This document shows, piece after piece, positions 47,740-57,200 of a DNA stretch of 64,000 bases (positions are counted from its first letter, which is position 1; each line of letters starts with the position of its first letter). A program made the position numbers and the translations under genes. This stretch comes from an uncultured delta proteobacterium (GTDB lineage Bacteria > Myxococcota_A > Polyangia > Polyangiales > Polyangiaceae): contig CAWJCS010000001.1 of assembly GCA_963841435.1 (NCBI GenBank), positions 358,597 to 422,596 on the forward strand, in the 5' to 3' direction. The notes under the pieces are model-generated. The model made no database searches and was not told the origin of the DNA. It worked only from the letters and a program-made list of their open reading frames with translations.

Positions 47740-50700
47740 TCACTCCGCGAGCGAAATCGCCTGCGCGCCGTCGTAGCCGAGCGAAGCGACGGCGGTGTCG
47801 CCCACGATGTCGAGATCCTGGACGTAGCCCGCGAGCTCCACCTCGCGCGACACGCGCGGTGCCTCGGGGTCGCTGGCGTTCACGACCACGAGCTTGCCGC
47901 GGAAGCCCGTGGAAAGCGCCGCGCTCGTGCCCCGGGCGACGAGCGGCACGTAGCCCCAGGTGTCGCCCGCCGGGATCTCGAGCCGGGCGCTCGTGAACGC
48001 CCCCGAGCTGAGGCCGGAGAGCACGACGAGCGACAACGAGCGGTCGTCGAAGCTCGACACGCCGTAGCCGCCGCCGATGCCGAAGTCGTTGTACCCGTAA
48101 TAATAGAAATAAGGGCGCCCGAGCGAGACGAACAGCCGATCGTCGCCGAGCGCCACGGCCGACACCCACTCGCCGGGGGCGAGCTGGGTGCGGTCCACGA
48201 CCGTCGAACGGTCAGCGTCGATCGCGAGCAGATAGAGCGTCTCCTGCGTGACGATGCAGGTGCCGCGCGTCTTTTCGTAGTTGACGGGCGTGACCGTGGT
48301 TTCGAAGCGGCCGGAGCCGTAGTCCGAATAGCACTGCTCCCACGTGAGCCCGTCGAAACGAAGATCGTGGTAGTCGGCCGTGATGGCATGGGAGGACTCG
48401 GCGTCGAAGGCGACGAGCGAGCCGGGGATGTTGACGGGCGGCAAGAGCGCGCTGCTCTTTCCCTGCTTCACCACGCGATCGAGATAGAAGCGCACGCGGC
48501 TCGTGCTCGTGCCGACGGCTTCGTAGTGGCTCGTCGCGATCACGTTGCCGCTCGAAACCAAGCCCGTGTACCCGAGCGCGCTCGGCGTCGCGAGCGTGCG
48601 CGTGACGGGCGCCTTCGGGTTCGCGAGATCGACGAGGTGAAGCTCGCCGGGCGCGGCAATGGGACCCTCGTTCCACGTTGGCGAGTGCGAGAAGAACGCG
48701 AGCGTCGAGCCGAGAGCCGCCGTTCCGGTACCGCTCTGCACGAGGCCGAGCGCCCCGCCGCCGTAGTACCAGCCGTAGTAGTACGTGGGCGTAAACTCGA
48801 GGGAGACCTCGCCGGCGACGGCGGGCGCGCGTGGGTCGGAAACGTTAACGGTGACGATGCGCGCGCCCTGAGCGGCCGTTTCGGTGTTCGGGTCGTAGCT
48901 GTAATAGTCGTAGACGAGGTACGCGTCGTTTCCGTTGGCACGCACGTCGCTCAGCCAGGACGAAGCGTAGCAGCTGTCGTCGGCCTTCTGCGGCAGCATC
49001 ACGCTGCCGAGCGCCACCGGCTTGCCGACGGCGTCGACGCCGGTCACGTCGAGCTCCTCGTTGTTGGTCCACCAGTTCTGGGTCACGCGAAGAACGCTGT
49101 CGCCGACCCCCGTGGTGTGCGTGACGTAGCGAGCGATCGGCAGATCGGCCGTCTTCGTCGGCGCGCCGCGATCGTCGATGTCGAAGCTCTCGACGCGATC
49201 GTCGCTCATGGCGAGCAGGCGACCGTCGTGGAGCAGCCCGCGGCGCGCCTGGCCGATCGAGGGCGCGATGCCACCGAGCGACAGGGCGTCATTGCTCCAG
49301 TCGACGAGCTGGATGCCCGATTGGTAGCTTCCCGCGTAGCAGCCCCCGGTGCTCGTGCTCGACGACCAGCCGGAGAACGGCACGAGAATCAGGCCGATGT
49401 CGTCCATGACGTTGAAAGCTTTTTGGATGCGATCCTGGTCCTCGGCGAGCGAGCCCCAGTCGCCGCCGAAGTTGACGCGCGAGAGCATGCTCGGCGTGGC
49501 GAGATCGCTCACGTCGAACAGCGAGACCGTGATGGCGCCCGCCTGGTTGCCCTGGTCGAAGCCGAGCCCGAGCACGCGATCGCCGCGCGGCTCGAGGTAG
49601 TAGAGCCAGCCGGGCATGGCGAGCTCGCCGACCTGACGCGGGCGCGCCGGGTCCGAAAGATCGATCGTGAAGAGCGGATCGGTCTGGCGGAAGGTGATGG
49701 CGTACGCGCGCGGCCCGTCGAAGCGCACCGTCTGCAAGGACTCGTTTTCGGGCAGCAGCAGATCCTCGGACGCGAGCGGCACGATCGACGACGACGAGTT
49801 GACGCGGAACGTCTCGACGGCGGGGACACTACGTTCGTTCCACGAAAACGGCTGACTGATGACGCGCAGCACGCCGTCCGTCTCGTCCATCTGCCAGCGG
49901 CTCGAGATCTGACCCGCCACGCCGACGGCGGCGCCGAGCACCATGTCGCCGCCCGGGTCGGAGATATCGATCACCTGGATCGTGCTGCCAACGGGCTGGT
50001 CCGGGCCCCATTCGGGGCCGCCCACGTAGAGGCGGTTCTCGGTCGAGGTGAGGCTCCGGTGCCACGAGTAGTTCTCGTCCTCGTCGAAGGAGAGCTCGTC
50101 GACCCTTCGCACGTCCGCCGGGTCACTCACGTCGAGCGAGATGAGGTTCGTCCTCGGCGCGGTACCGCAACCCCAGCAGTAGCCGTTCTCGTAGGCCGCC
50201 ACGTAGAGCACGTTGCCGACGATGCGCGAGTCCGAGATTTCCCCGCCGATCTCGAAGCGCGAGAGCTCCACCATGTTGGCGGGGTCCCGCGCGTCGATGA
50301 CGACGACGTAGCTGGTCTGAAAGTACGTCCACGTCTTCGCGGCGTCGTCGTACGCATAGTCGGCGTAGCCGTTGTAGAGCGCCGTCACGACGCCGGAGTG
50401 CACGTACATCTCGAACGGTGTCGCGACGATCTTGTGCGTGCCGAGCGGCTCGAGCCGGTCGCGCGTCCCTATGTCGATCACGCTGAGTCCGCCGTAGCGC
50501 GAGAGCGCGTACAGCCGGTCGTCCTCGATCTTGACGATGTCCGCTTCCTCGATGGTGCGCGCGGCGTCGGAGCCCTCGCCCGTGGTCGGAGCCGCCGTGG
50601 TGGTGCCGCCCGAGCTGGTCGAGCCGCCGGTCGCACTGGCGTCGACGCCGACGGCTCCGCCCGAGCCCGGGGACTGACTCGCGCCGTTCGGCAGGTCGGA

Positions 50701-50820
50701 CTCGAAGGTGCCGTTGTCCGCTGGCACCGGGTTTCCGGGGTTGCTACCGGCGCAGGCCGCCAGCCAGGTGGCGGGGGCGACGCAGAGCGCGAGACGAAGG
50801 ACGAGATGATGGCGGATCAC
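47740..50820 (-). CDS. Secreted beta-propeller domain lipoprotein (PF09826-like)
   Basis: LAAC lipobox; IEEADIVK, SRIVG..LYV, RWQMDE..G.LRV, VRFDG.RAYA.TF..TDPLF.IDLSDP, GEL.MPGW..YL. GTG start at 50820 with GGAGG RBS. Confidence 0.88.
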   Translation of the reverse strand: MIRHHLVLRLALCVAPATWLAACAGSNPGNPVPADNGTFESDLPNGASQSPGSGGAVGVDASATGGSTSSGGTTTAAPTTGEGSDAARTIEEADIVKIEDDRLYALSRYGGLSVIDIGTRDRLEPLGTHKIVATPFEMYVHSGVVTALYNGYADYAYDDAAKTWTYFQTSYVVVIDARDPANMVELSRFEIGGEISDSRIVGNVLYVAAYENGYCWGCGTAPRTNLISLDVSDPADVRRVDELSFDEDENYSWHRSLTSTENRLYVGGPEWGPDQPVGSTIQVIDISDPGGDMVLGAAVGVAGQISSRWQMDETDGVLRVISQPFSWNERSVPAVETFRVNSSSSIVPLASEDLLLPENESLQTVRFDGPRAYAITFRQTDPLFTIDLSDPARPRQVGELAMPGWLYYLEPRGDRVLGLGFDQGNQAGAITVSLFDVSDLATPSMLSRVNFGGDWGSLAEDQDRIQKAFNVMDDIGLILVPFSGWSSSTSTGGCYAGSYQSGIQLVDWSNDALSLGGIAPSIGQARRGLLHDGRLLAMSDDRVESFDIDDRGAPTKTADLPIARYVTHTTGVGDSVLRVTQNWWTNNEELDVTGVDAVGKPVALGSVMLPQKADDSCYASSWLSDVRANGNDAYLVYDYYSYDPNTETAAQGARIVTVNVSDPRAPAVAGEVSLEFTPTYYYGWYYGGGALGLVQSGTGTAALGSTLAFFSHSPTWNEGPIAAPGELHLVDLANPKAPVTRTLATPSALGYTGLVSSGNVIATSHYEAVGTSTSRVRFYLDRVVKQGKSSALLPPVNIPGSLVAFDAESSHAITADYHDLRFDGLTWEQCYSDYGSGRFETTVTPVNYEKTRGTCIVTQETLYLLAIDADRSTVVDRTQLAPGEWVSAVALGDDRLFVSLGRPYFYYYGYNDFGIGGGYGVSSFDDRSLSLVVLSGLSSGAFTSARLEIPAGDTWGYVPLVARGTSAALSTGFRGKLVVVNASDPEAPRVSREVELAGYVQDLDIVGDTAVASLGYDGAQAISLAE

Positions 50821-50844
50821 GTGGCTGCCTCCGCCCATCGGTAC

Positions 50845-50860
50845 AGCACGCGCCGTGCCA
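50845..50860 (-). promoter_or_regulatory. sigma54 -24/-12 promoter of the beta-propeller gene
   Basis: Minus strand TGGCACG-GCGC-GTGCT, 25 bp upstream of the GTG start. Confidence 0.7.
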
Positions 50861-50870
50861 CGTGGTCCAG

Positions 50871-50914
50871 ATGTAAATAAAATAATAATTACAAAGGTTT
50901 ATGTTTTAGTTTAA
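50871..50914. promoter_or_regulatory. AT-rich tract (candidate IHF/bending site)
   Basis: ATGTAAATAAAATAATAATTACAAAGGTTTATGTTTTAGTTTAA; by eye the most AT-rich stretch of the window. Confidence 0.55.
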
Positions 50915-50919
50915 GGGCG

Positions 50920-50946
50920 GCCAGTGGCAGCTTCTGTGCCACTGGC
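50920..50946. promoter_or_regulatory. Perfect inverted repeat (candidate enhancer/operator)
   Basis: GCCAGTGGCA-N7-TGCCACTGGC. Confidence 0.6.
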
Positions 50947-51135
50947 ACGCCAGGGTTGGCACGGCGATCTGCGGGGCGACTGGCGCGGCGGGCTCCGAGG
51001 TCGGGCCCGCCGTGGTCCTTTCGGGCCGCCACGGCCGCTCGCGAGAGCGGGGCCGTGACCGGGCGCGCGCGGTGCGTCGAAAAGGGCGGGCGCGCTGTAA
51101 GATGCCGCGCTCTTCGCGTTAACGAAACGAACCGC

Positions 51136-52603
51136 ATGGCTTTTAGGATCCTTCGCTGGCTATCGCTCCCTGTCCTCGCGGCGGCGTTCGGCTGCTCGGG
51201 CGCGAAGCCGCCCGTCCGCGAGCTGCCGAGTGGCCCGGCGAGCCATCACGTGTCGGACGGCAAGGGGCGCGAGAAAGTCTCGATCACCGTCTACAACTCG
51301 AACTTCGGGCTCGTGCGCGAACAGCGGCGCATCTCGCTCGGCACGGGCAAGGTGGAGCTCGCGTTCGCCAACGTCTCGACGCAGATCCAGCCGGAGACGG
51401 TGCACCTCCGGAGCCTCACGCGCCCCGACGCGCTCACCGTGTTCGAGCAGAACTACCGCTACGACCTTTTGACGCCCGAGAAGCTGCTCGAAAAGTACGT
51501 CGGCAAAAAGGTCAAGGTCGTCCGCTACAACGAGAAGCTCGGCACGGACGAAACCAAGGAAGCCGACGTGCTCTCCGTCGAAGGCGGCGGCCCCGTGCTG
51601 CGCATCGACGGCGAGATCGTCACGGGTTTCCCGGGTCGCTTCGTGTTCCCGAACGTCCCCGCGAACCTCGTGGAAAAGCCCACGCTCGTGTGGCTGCTCG
51701 GTAGCGACCTCGCCGAGCAGCGCGTCGAGGTATCGTATCTGACGGCGAACCTAACCTGGCGCGCCGACTACGTGCTCGTGCTCGACGCGGCCGACACGCG
51801 CGGCGACCTCACGGGCTGGGTCACGCTCACCAACACCACGGGCACGAGCTACCCGAGTGCCGAGCTCAAGCTCGTCGCCGGCGACGTGCAGCGCGTGGCC
51901 CCGCCTCCGCCGCCCGAGGCGCCCATGCCCATGGAGAGCCTGCGGATGGCGGCGCCGGCGGCTCCGCAGTTTTCTCAAGAGTCTCTGTTCGAGTACCACC
52001 TCTACACGCTCGGCCGCCCGACGGACCTGCTCGACAAGGAGCAGAAGCAGGTGACCTTGCTCGAGGCGCACGGCATTCACGTCGAGAAGAAGCTCGAGTT
52101 TCGCGGCGCCGATTACTACTACCGCAGTCGGATCGGCGAGCTACCGAAGAATCAGAAGGTCAGCGTCTTCGTCGTGATCCAGAACCGCGAAAAAGAGGGC
52201 CTCGGCATGCCGCTGCCCAAGGGCACCTTGCGCGTCTACAAGGCCGATTCCGCGGGGGCGCAGCAGTTCGTCGGCGAGGACGCCATCGACCACACGCCGC
52301 GCGACGAGAAGCTCGAACGTCAAGCTCGGCGAAGCGTTCGACGTCGTCGCCGACCGCAAGCAGACCGACTTCAAGGTCTACGGCAACTGCTCGAGCGAGA
52401 GCGGCTGGGAGATAGCCCTCCGCAACCACAAGGACGAAATGGTCACGGTGGACGTGATCGAGCCCGCGAGCGGTGACTGGGAGATCGTTTCGGCGAGCCA
52501 CGCCGCGAAGAAAGAAGACGCGCAGACGTTCGTGTTCCACGTGGACGTGCCGGCGCGCGGAGAAACCAAAGTGACCTACCGAGTGAGGATCCGATGGTGT
52601 TGA
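51136..52603 (+). CDS. DUF4139 family lipoprotein (frameshift at ~52316)
   Basis: AFGC lipobox; ITVYN.NFGLVRE, EQNYRYDLL, W.ADY, L.GWVTL.N, LFEYHLYTL, LGMPLPKG. Removing one A joins KLDVKLGEAFDV...YRVRIRWC. Confidence 0.87.
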
Positions 52604-54030
52604 AACGCATGTGGAGCGCCGCGCTGTGCCTGGGCCTCGGGCTTTCGGGCGCGGGCCCTGCGCTCGCTGGCGCGCCGCCGAAGAAGGTGTCGGGCGACGC
52701 CGATCGCAAAACGGTGGGCATCACCGTGTATAACCAAGGCTTCGGCCTCGTGCGCGAGGTGCGCGAGCTCAAGGATCTCGGCACCGGCAAGGTAGAGCTC
52801 GAGTTTCGCGACGTTGCCGCAACGATTCAGCCCGAAACGGTAGCCGTGAAGCCGCTCGTTGGGAGTCTGCGCGTGCTCGAGCAGAACTACCGTTTCGACC
52901 TTCTGACGCCCGAGACGCTGCTCAACAAATACGTCGGCCGGAACGTGCGTGCGTATCGCTATCACGAGGCCACGGGCCGCGAGGACGTCGTCGACGCAAA
53001 GCTCTTGTCGATGGCGAACGGTCCCATCTTGCAGATCGGAAAAGAGATCACCTTCGGCTATCCGGGGCGCCTCGCCTTCCCCGAGCTGCCGCCCGATCTC
53101 ATCGCCAAGCCGACGCTGGTCTGGCTGGTGGACAGCGGGCAGCCCAAGCAAACGCTCGAGGTGAGCTACCTGGCGCAGGGGCTCTCGTGGCAGGCCGACT
53201 ACGTGTTCGTCGTCAACGACAGCGACACCAAGGGCGACCTCGTTGGCTGGGTCACGCTGCAGAACCAATCGGGCACGAGCTACCGCGACGCCGAGCTCAA
53301 GCTCGTCGCGGGCGACGTGAACCGCGTCGAGGAGCAGACCATGGCGCGCGCGGCGAAGAGCCGCATGGTCACGATGGACGAAGCGGGGGGGGCCGGCTTC
53401 AAGGAGGAGGGCCTCTTCGAGTACCACCTCTACACGCTCGGCCGCCCGACGACGGTGCTCGACAAGGAGCAAAAGCAGGTGACCTTGCTCGAAGCGCAGG
53501 GCATCGGCATCGAGAAGAAGCTCATCTTCTTCGGCCAGCAGTACTGGTACCGAGGGCAGTACGGCGAGCTCCAGAAGAACCAGAAGATCGGCGTGTTCCT
53601 CGACTTCAAGAACTCGGAGGCGAACCGCCTCGGCATGCCGCTCCCGAAGGGCACGCTTCGCGTCTACAAGGCCGACAAGAGCGGCTCCAAGCAATTCGTG
53701 GGCGAGGACAGCATCGACCACACGCCACGCGACGAGAAAATCCGCGTCAAGATGGGCGAAGCGTTCAACGTCGTCGGTGACCGCAAACAGATGGAGTGGC
53801 GCGCGCTCGGCAGCTGCGTCTCCGAATCCGCCTGGCAAATCGAGCTCCGCAACCACAAGGACGAAGCCGTGAAGGTCGAAGTCCGCGAGCCCGTCGGCGG
53901 AGACTGGACCATCATCTCCTCGAGCCACCCCGCCAAAAAAGAAGACGCCTTCACCTTCACATTCGACGTCCCCATCCCCAAGCGCGGCGAAACGAAAGTC
54001 ACGTATCGCGTCCGCGTGCGGTGGTGCTAG
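52594..54030 (+). CDS. DUF4139 family secreted protein (tandem paralog)
   Basis: Signal peptide; same motifs as the upstream gene; ends YRVRVRWC. Confidence 0.9.
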   Translation: MVLKRMWSAALCLGLGLSGAGPALAGAPPKKVSGDADRKTVGITVYNQGFGLVREVRELKDLGTGKVELEFRDVAATIQPETVAVKPLVGSLRVLEQNYRFDLLTPETLLNKYVGRNVRAYRYHEATGREDVVDAKLLSMANGPILQIGKEITFGYPGRLAFPELPPDLIAKPTLVWLVDSGQPKQTLEVSYLAQGLSWQADYVFVVNDSDTKGDLVGWVTLQNQSGTSYRDAELKLVAGDVNRVEEQTMARAAKSRMVTMDEAGGAGFKEEGLFEYHLYTLGRPTTVLDKEQKQVTLLEAQGIGIEKKLIFFGQQYWYRGQYGELQKNQKIGVFLDFKNSEANRLGMPLPKGTLRVYKADKSGSKQFVGEDSIDHTPRDEKIRVKMGEAFNVVGDRKQMEWRALGSCVSESAWQIELRNHKDEAVKVEVREPVGGDWTIISSSHPAKKEDAFTFTFDVPIPKRGETKVTYRVRVRWC

Positions 54031-54234
54031 GGGCGGAACCCTTGAGACTCAAATAGGTAGCGAGGCATCCGTGAGGGGTGACCGAGACCGTGAGGGGTCA
54101 CACGACAATCTCAAACCATGGGAGTTGGGGGGCAGTCCCCACGAAGCTTTTGTGATTGACCGCTAGAAAAAGCCGTGTGACGGACGAAAGGATTGGAGTT
54201 GCCTAGCGACCAAGTCAACTGAGGGAGCACGAAC

Positions 54235-57200
54235 ATGGGGCAGGTGGTGGGTAAGGGATCGCGTCTCGAGTCCGGAGCGGAAAGTCCGGCGGTTCCTGGA
54301 CGCGGAGGAAGCGGAAAGGGAACGGGCACGCGCGGAATCATTCCGGTGTTGGGCCTCATTGCAGCGGGAATCGCGCTAGCGGGCTGCTCGCGAGAGGCGC
54401 CCAAGCAAGACGAGCCCGTCGCCACGTCGCAGTCCGCTCTGTTCGACCGTGATGACCCGTACGTACGGCTTCGAGAGCCTGCTCGACTGGTCCGCCATCT
54501 ACTCGAGCCCGACGCTGGCGCTCTCGAACACGCACGTGGAGGGGACGAAGTCGCTCTCGGTGAGCGGGGGCGGCTGGTCGAGCGTCATCAGCCGGACGCT
54601 CTCGAAGGAAGAGTCCGCGCCGACGGTGGTCGGCTTCGACCTGATGATCCCGACGAGCCAGCCGAACCCCGACTGGTACGGCACCGTGATGCTGTTCATC
54701 GACGTGCCGAGCCGCGGCATCAACAACCAGCCGCTCGGGCTGCACGATTTGAAGCAATGGACGCCAGGCGTGTGGCACCGCGCGGAGTTCGGTGTGCCGG
54801 CGGCGATCCAGACGGCACTTTCCCAGAGCTATTCGGACCTGCGTTTCCGCATCGAGCTCAACCGCCCAGGGAACGCGACGGGGCCCTACCTCTTCGATCG
54901 CTTCGTGTTCGGCCCCTTCAATCCAACCTGCATACCGATGGACGACGGCAACCCGTGCACCACCGACATGTGCGACGCGAACGGCCAGCCGCAACACGTG
55001 CCGGTCGCCGCAGGCACCAGCTGCTCGGACGGGAACGCCTGCAACGGCGCCGAGACCTGCAACGCAACGGGCTCGTGCACCGCCGGAAGCCCGGTCGTCT
55101 GTACGGCGCTCGACCATTGCCACGATGCCGGCACCTGCAATCCGGCGACTGGAGCGTGTTCGAACCCCACGAAGCCGGACGGCACCTCGTGCAGCGACGC
55201 GGATGCCTGTACCCAGACCGACACGTGCCAGGCGGGCACCTGCACCGGCCAAAACCCGGTCGCCTGCGCCGCCCTGGACCAATGCCACGACGTGGGAAGC
55301 TGCAACCCATCCACCGGCGTGTGCTCGAACCCCGCCCGCCCGGACGGCACCGCCTGCAGCGACGGCAGCGCGTGCACCGTGGGCGACGCGTGCCAGACCG
55401 GCGCCTGCGTCGCCGGCACGGCACCACCCGTCGAACGATGGCAATCCTTGCACCACCGACGCCTGCGACCCGATCGCCGGCGTCACCCACACGCCGGTCG
55501 CAACCGGCACGAGCTGCTCGAACGGAGACGCCTGCGACGGCGACGAAACCTGCGACGCGAGCGCGGTGTGCGTCGCCGGCGCCCCGCCGGACGCGAACGA
55601 CCAAAACCCCTGCACCGACGACAGCTGCGACCCGGTGACGGGCGTCGCGCACACGCCGACTGCGGCCGGCACCCTCTGCCTCGACGCCAACGTCTGCAAC
55701 GGCGGTGAAACGTGCGACGGCGCCGGCGCCTGCCAAGCGGGCACGCCGCTCGTCCTCGACGACGCCAACACCTGCACCGCCGACACCTGCGACCCAACGC
55801 TCGGCGTGAGCCACACGCCAGTCGCCGCCGGCACGGACTGCTCCGATGCCGATCAGTGCAACGGAAGCGAAGCGTGCGACGCGGCAGGCACCTGCACGGC
55901 GGGCACACCCCCGACGACCGACGACGGCAACCCCTGCACCGCCGACGCCTGCGACCCCGTCACGGGCGTGAGCCACACCGCGCTCGCCGCCGGAACGACC
56001 TGTGCCGACGCCGACCAGTGCAACGGCGCCGAGACCTGCAACGGCGCGGGCGCCTGCACGTCCGGCACGCCACCAGCGGTCGACGACGGCAACCCCTGCA
56101 CCGTGGACGCCTGCGACCCGGTCACGGGCGTCAGCCACACCCCCGCCGCCGCCGGCACCACCTGTGCCGACGCCGACGTCTGCAACGGCGCCGAGACCTG
56201 CAACGCCACCGGCGCCTGCCAACCCGGCACTCCCCTGGACGTCGACGACGGCAACCCCTGCACCGCGGACGCCTGCGACCCGCTCACGGGCGCCACGCAC
56301 ACCCCCGTCGCAACGGGGACCAGCTGCGCCGACGCCGACGTCTGCAACGGCGCCGAGACCTGCGACGGCACCGGCGCGTGCACGGCCGGCACAGCGCTCG
56401 ACGCCAACGACCAAAACCCCTGCACCGACGACGCGTGTGACCCGGTCAACGGCATCACTCACACCCCGAGCACCGCCGGCACCCTCTGCCTCGACGCCAA
56501 CGTCTGCAACGGCAGCGAAACGTGCGACGGCGCCAGCGCCTGCCAATCCGGCACCCCCCTCACGCTCGACGACGGCAACCTCTGCACCGCCGACGCCTGC
56601 GACCCGACGCTCGGCGTCAGCCACACACCCGTCGCCCCCGGCACCAGCTGCGCCGACGCCGACGTCTGCAACGGCGCCGAGACCTGCGACGCCGCAGGCA
56701 CCTGCGCCTCCGGCACCCCGCTGACCGTCGACGACGGCAACCCGTGCACCGCGGACGCCTGCGACCCGATCAACGGCGTCTCGCACACCCCCGTCACCGC
56801 CGGCACGAGCTGCACGGACGCGGACGTCTGCAACGGCGCCGAGACCTGCGACGGCACCGGCACCTGCACCCCCGGCACCCCGCTCGAGCTTGACGATCAG
56901 AATCCCTGCACCGCGGACGTGTGCGACCCGATCAACGGCGTGAGCCATACGCCCATGGCCTCCGGCACGAGCTGCGCCGACGCCGACGTCTGCAACGGCG
57001 CCGAGACCTGCGACGGCGCCGGTACCTGCACACCCGGAACCCCCCTCGACCTCGACGACCAAAACCCCTGCACCGCCGACGTCTGCGACCCGGCCAACGG
57101 CGTCTCGCACACCCCCGTCACCGCCGGCACGAGCTGCGCCGACGCCAACGTCTGCAACGGCGCCGAAACCTGCGACGGCGCCGGCACCTGCACCCCCGGC

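Noticed and set aside
50957-50974. TGGCACG-GCGAT-CTGC as a plus-strand sigma54 promoter
   Set aside because: GG-GC spacing is 11 rather than the strict 10.
54160-54230. GGACGAAAG...GTTGCC resembling a c-di-GMP-I riboswitch
   Set aside because: Could not build the P1/P2 stems; needs an Infernal scan.
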